A DNA stretch of 64,000 nucleotides from Leptonemataceae bacterium (GTDB lineage Bacteria > Spirochaetota > Leptospiria > Leptospirales > Leptonemataceae), in NCBI GenBank assembly GCA_965227295.1, contig OZ245742.1, forward strand, positions 2,912,001 to 2,976,000. The letters run 5' to 3'. Under the pieces are notes generated by a model that saw only the letters and a program-made list of their open reading frames with translations, had not been told where the DNA came from and made no database searches. The position numbers were made by a program, and so were the translations under genes. Shown here in pieces: positions 61,301 through 64,000 of this stretch (position 1 is its first letter; each line of letters starts with the position of its first letter).

Positions 61301-64000
61301 AAGCGGGTTACGGGCGTGAGTCCATCGGCCGGGTCAACGTTTTTGCGTACGCCTTCGTCGGTCATCGTCACTCGCCCTGGGCGCGGCACTTCACGGCCCT
61401 GGAGAACGGCGGTCGCGAGGCCCTGGTTTCCGGGGACGTCGAGTACGGCATGTACGGTTTTCTATTTCGCGCGAACCACGCCGTGTTCGCGCACGAGAGC
61501 CTCGCAGAACTCGCGGAACGTTTCGCAATGACCATCGACCAGGCGGACAAACTCGAAGCCGGCCAGAGCGGTGATCCGGCCCGGGTGTGGGCTCAGTTCG
61601 TAGACAACCTGCGGGGCCGCGCCGATGATCCGGCGGTACTCCGCGGCCGCTACCTGGATCATGAGCTGGCCGTCGAACATCATCTGGCGAACGGATATAA
61701 GGGCGGTGCCGCCTGGACCCTGTGCGCGCGCTCCATGCTGCGCTACCTCTTTGATCGTGAAGGTGACAACGCTGGCGACCTGGCCGCGGCCCTGGAGTTC
61801 GAGGAAAGCCTCGCGAATATGGTGGTCCTGCCGTACATCTACATGTTTCAAATTTTAGCGACACTCGATAATTTCCGGAAAGAATCTCGTCGCGAACGTC
61901 GCCGGCGCCTGAAGATCTATCGTAAGGCCAGGCGGTTCCTGGGACTGTGGGCGCGGGGTTGTCCGCAAAACTACGAGCATCTGTTATTATGGGCGGAGGC
62001 AACGCATCTATTAGAAACGGGACGGGAAGAAGAGTCTCTTGCGATTTTCGATGCAGCCGTGCGTGCGGCACGGCGAGCCCGTTCGAATCTCGGTGAAGGC
62101 CTCGTACTCGAAGCCTCCGCCAGGGCCTACGAGAGCTGCGGGCGGGAGGTGATGGCCCGGGCCTGTGTCGAAGAATGTCGGGCCGTGTTTCGCAGCTTCG
62201 GCGCCGAAGCAAAGGTGGAACAACTGGAAGAACGTTACGCCGCGTACTTTCGTTCGAAGCGCGGCGGCGGGCGTTCCAACCGGGAGACTTCCAGTTCCGA
62301 AGTCACCATGCTCGACGTCGCGGGGGGTGTGGACCTGGACCTCGGCGCCGTGATGGAAGCGGTGGGGGCGATTTCGTCGGAGGTGCGATTCAAACCGCTG
62401 CTCGAACGCCTGACACATAGCCTTCTGGAAAACAGCGGTGCCGATCGTTGTTTCATTCTACTGAGTTACGATGACAAACTATTAGTGCACGCCGCCGGCC
62501 GGCGCGATGCGGACTCCGGGATCCGCATCGAGTTGCGTGAGGCGGAAGCGCCCGCCGAAAAACTGAGCGCCGGTGTTGCCGATGTCCGAAGCAGTCGGCA
62601 GATGAAAATTACCGCCGGCGGCGAAACAACGGAAGTCGCGGCACCGATTCTGTACCAGGGCCGTCTCGACGGCGTTGTGATCCTGCATACCGCGTTGCCG
62701 TTCCAGGACGCCCACGCTGGCACCCTGGATCTTCTATGCGCTCAGGCCGCCATCTCCCTGGATACGGCGCGGCTCTACGAAGAACTGGAAGGCCAGGTGC
62801 GCTCGCGTACCCGGGAATTGCGCCGATCCCGACGCGAAATGTACGACATCATGGACAACGTCAGCCAGGGCCTTCTGGTCCTGGATCGGCACGGTCGCCT
62901 GGGCAATGAGTACTCGCGCAGCGCGGCAGAAATCCTGGAACGCGACGATCTGGGCGGGTTGAGTTTTTATCGTCTCTTTCCCGACGCAAACGTGCGCCGG
63001 TCTTCGGCCGCTCTGGTGGAGCAGCTCTTCGAAAACGGCTTCATGTCCGCGGCAATGTTCGACCGGGCGAACTCGCTGAAAGGCTATCGTTATCTGTATG
63101 TGGACGCGGATCGCAAGCAGGCCGTGAAGATCCTGGACTTCGGTTTTTCCCGCATGCTGGCCCACGGGAGCGGAGACTCCGGGGCCGTGCAAAAATTGAT
63201 GGTGACTATCGAAGACCGTACACGGGATTATCAACTGGAACGCGAACTGGAGCGCCGCAAGGTCGAACAGGAAAGTCGGGTGGAGAAACTCTACGAAATA
63301 CTGCGCCTCGAACCGGCGGTGTTTTCCGGGTTTCTCAACGAGGGCCGCGAGGGCGTGGAGTTTTTGCGCGGGCGCATTGCCGACCGCGGTGTGGACGGAA
63401 CGGAGAACCGTACGATCCTGGAAGATTGTCTGCGCGCGGTGCACGCGCTGAAGGGCAACGCCGGTGTCATGAACCTGGATACGATCGCCCGGCGCGCGCA
63501 TACGCTGGAGGACCGTCTGGAAGATTTGTGCCGCCGCCTGGATGAGAATCAGGAGGATTATCGTCTGGATGAAGACGGCGTGGAGGCGGTGGTCGAGGGC
63601 CTCGCCGATCTCGAAGAAGAACTGCGCGATGGGGACCGGGTCTTCCAACGCGTGCTGAACATCAAGCAGGCCCTGGGCGGAAACGAGGGGCCGACCTTCG
63701 AATCCCTCGAAGAGTACTTTCGCACGGCGGTGGAGCGTGCCGCGCGACAGGCCGGCAAAGACGTGCGCTTCGAGTTTCTGCGTCGCCCCGGCGTTTCCAG
63801 TGCCGATGCATCCTTGATTGATGACATCAAAAATCCCATTACCCAACTGTTGCGCAATTCCGTGGGCCACGGCATTGAAACCGACGAGCAGCGGCGTCGC
63901 GCTTCGAAAGAACTGCCGGGCACCGTCCTCGTGGAGGTGGATACGATCTATGTGACGGCAGCGCAACGTTTACTGCACGTCACGGTGCGGGACAACGGCC
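58339..64000 (+). CDS. Giant hybrid kinase: Ser/Thr kinase, AAA/STAND ATPase, helical region, GAF, PAS, Hpt, CheA-type HATPase (3' end outside window)
   Basis: All motifs are in the frame of ATG 58339, and the ORF track shows no terminated ORF in that frame: HKDVKPHN, DFG, GTLAYVSPE, GFSGIGKS, FLDDLQWAD, GGNPFF, FLHDRVQQAAY, AQAAISL, VHALKG, LLRNSVGHGIE, RDNG. Confidence 0.9.
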   Translation, partial: MLKLKGYELGERLYGGERTAVWRAVRSADGVPVIVKVPRRDAPPEERAKLRQEFEIARELAQEISGVVRPLFLELPEDASAGSGAVLILEDGGGMSLAQFLEQGVPDIDTALEIAVQIASILGEVHARGVVHKDVKPHNIILEPRELRIQLTDFGISSRLSREHAVSGIPGRLQGTLAYVSPEQTGRMNRLVDNRSDFYSLGVTLYELVTGLLPFPHAADALELIHHHIAVPPRSPLEHRADVPPSLAAVMMKLLAKNAEDRYQSAYGLFHDLDEIRTCRAQFGNGTAPELVERFEQSFVPGRQDVSDRFQIPQKLYGREEESAQMLQSFQRCARGRSELLLVAGFSGIGKSALVNEVQKPITERKGNFVAGKFDQFQRDLPYSALLQAFGRLIRRLLGDEQSTVEIRAERLRECLGQNGRVLTDVLPELQWLIGEQPPVVELPPAESENRFNAVFRDFVRALAGEEHPLAIFLDDLQWADASSLKLIRTIITDTDTNYFLIIGAYRDNEVDAAHPLTALMERFANETEQRLTVITLAPLNRETLKSVVAETLHVSSEEARGLADLVHAKTGGNPFFVNEFLRTLHDKALVQFDAGSGRWGWDLERIAAEGITDNVVELMADRIRDLPPETGRALQTAACIGNVFELRDLARFLEREIGATARLLREALNEGLILALDQNYNYAESEELDVSYRFLHDRVQQAAYELIDAAERPALHLRIGREMLTFGEQEIEDDLFTLVNHLNEGRSLLDDLDERRRLAELNLRAGRKALASTAYASAARFLRFGVEMLGEYHREEDNRLCLDLYLSLADAESLRPNFEEAERLIELLFERATEPLDQVRAGQIRTRILNARSRIADSLTAGLENLGRLGVHIPQRPSAVRVLREFGRTLLVVMRRGRRYPLRAKQVEAPVILAALNVLDDTVSVAYQQNANVLAIIICKIVQLTYRHGLSRYAPFGIAGFGYLNLVAFERLKAARWYVDLALQLLEAGYGRESIGRVNVFAYAFVGHRHSPWARHFTALENGGREALVSGDVEYGMYGFLFRANHAVFAHESLAELAERFAMTIDQADKLEAGQSGDPARVWAQFVDNLRGRADDPAVLRGRYLDHELAVEHHLANGYKGGAAWTLCARSMLRYLFDREGDNAGDLAAALEFEESLANMVVLPYIYMFQILATLDNFRKESRRERRRRLKIYRKARRFLGLWARGCPQNYEHLLLWAEATHLLETGREEESLAIFDAAVRAARRARSNLGEGLVLEASARAYESCGREVMARACVEECRAVFRSFGAEAKVEQLEERYAAYFRSKRGGGRSNRETSSSEVTMLDVAGGVDLDLGAVMEAVGAISSEVRFKPLLERLTHSLLENSGADRCFILLSYDDKLLVHAAGRRDADSGIRIELREAEAPAEKLSAGVADVRSSRQMKITAGGETTEVAAPILYQGRLDGVVILHTALPFQDAHAGTLDLLCAQAAISLDTARLYEELEGQVRSRTRELRRSRREMYDIMDNVSQGLLVLDRHGRLGNEYSRSAAEILERDDLGGLSFYRLFPDANVRRSSAALVEQLFENGFMSAAMFDRANSLKGYRYLYVDADRKQAVKILDFGFSRMLAHGSGDSGAVQKLMVTIEDRTRDYQLERELERRKVEQESRVEKLYEILRLEPAVFSGFLNEGREGVEFLRGRIADRGVDGTENRTILEDCLRAVHALKGNAGVMNLDTIARRAHTLEDRLEDLCRRLDENQEDYRLDEDGVEAVVEGLADLEEELRDGDRVFQRVLNIKQALGGNEGPTFESLEEYFRTAVERAARQAGKDVRFEFLRRPGVSSADASLIDDIKNPITQLLRNSVGHGIETDEQRRRASKELPGTVLVEVDTIYVTAAQRLLHVTVRDNG

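Noticed and set aside
62734..63966. Long antisense ORFs (also 10510-11802, 50918-51850 and others)
   Set aside because: Shadow frames of well-supported genes, expected in GC-rich DNA.
1..64000. tRNA, rRNA, prophage or classical defence systems
   Set aside because: None recognised by eye; tRNAscan-SE and DefenseFinder were not run.

Overview
A GC-rich bacterial chromosomal window, most likely from a Leptospirales spirochete. This is inferred from the gene order cheW-cheA-cheB-cheY-scpA-scpB-pheA-tyrA-cmk-rpsA-TPR-hisG and from spirochete-type lipoproteins; no database search was run. Most of the window is housekeeping: fabG-like SDR, NAT/DUF619-type acetylglutamate synthase, ndh, typA, pabB-pabC fusion, glyA, infC-rpmI-rplT, zapB-zapA-6S RNA-ygfA, trpS, glyQS and xerD. 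There is one IS1182-family element with a probable -1 frameshift. The most notable signals are three. (1) A non-coding repeat of about 328 bp, present in at least 6 copies at three loci; two loci are head-to-tail arrays, and the units carry interchangeable hairpin modules at fixed positions. (2) At least three further families of short structured intergenic elements, one with clear base-pair covariation between an IS-borne copy and a free copy. (3) A cheY-cheX operon ending in a protein of over 1,880 aa that joins Ser/Thr kinase, AAA/STAND ATPase, GAF, PAS, Hpt and CheA-type kinase domains; it is absent from the ORF track because it runs off the window. All family calls come from motif recognition by eye.
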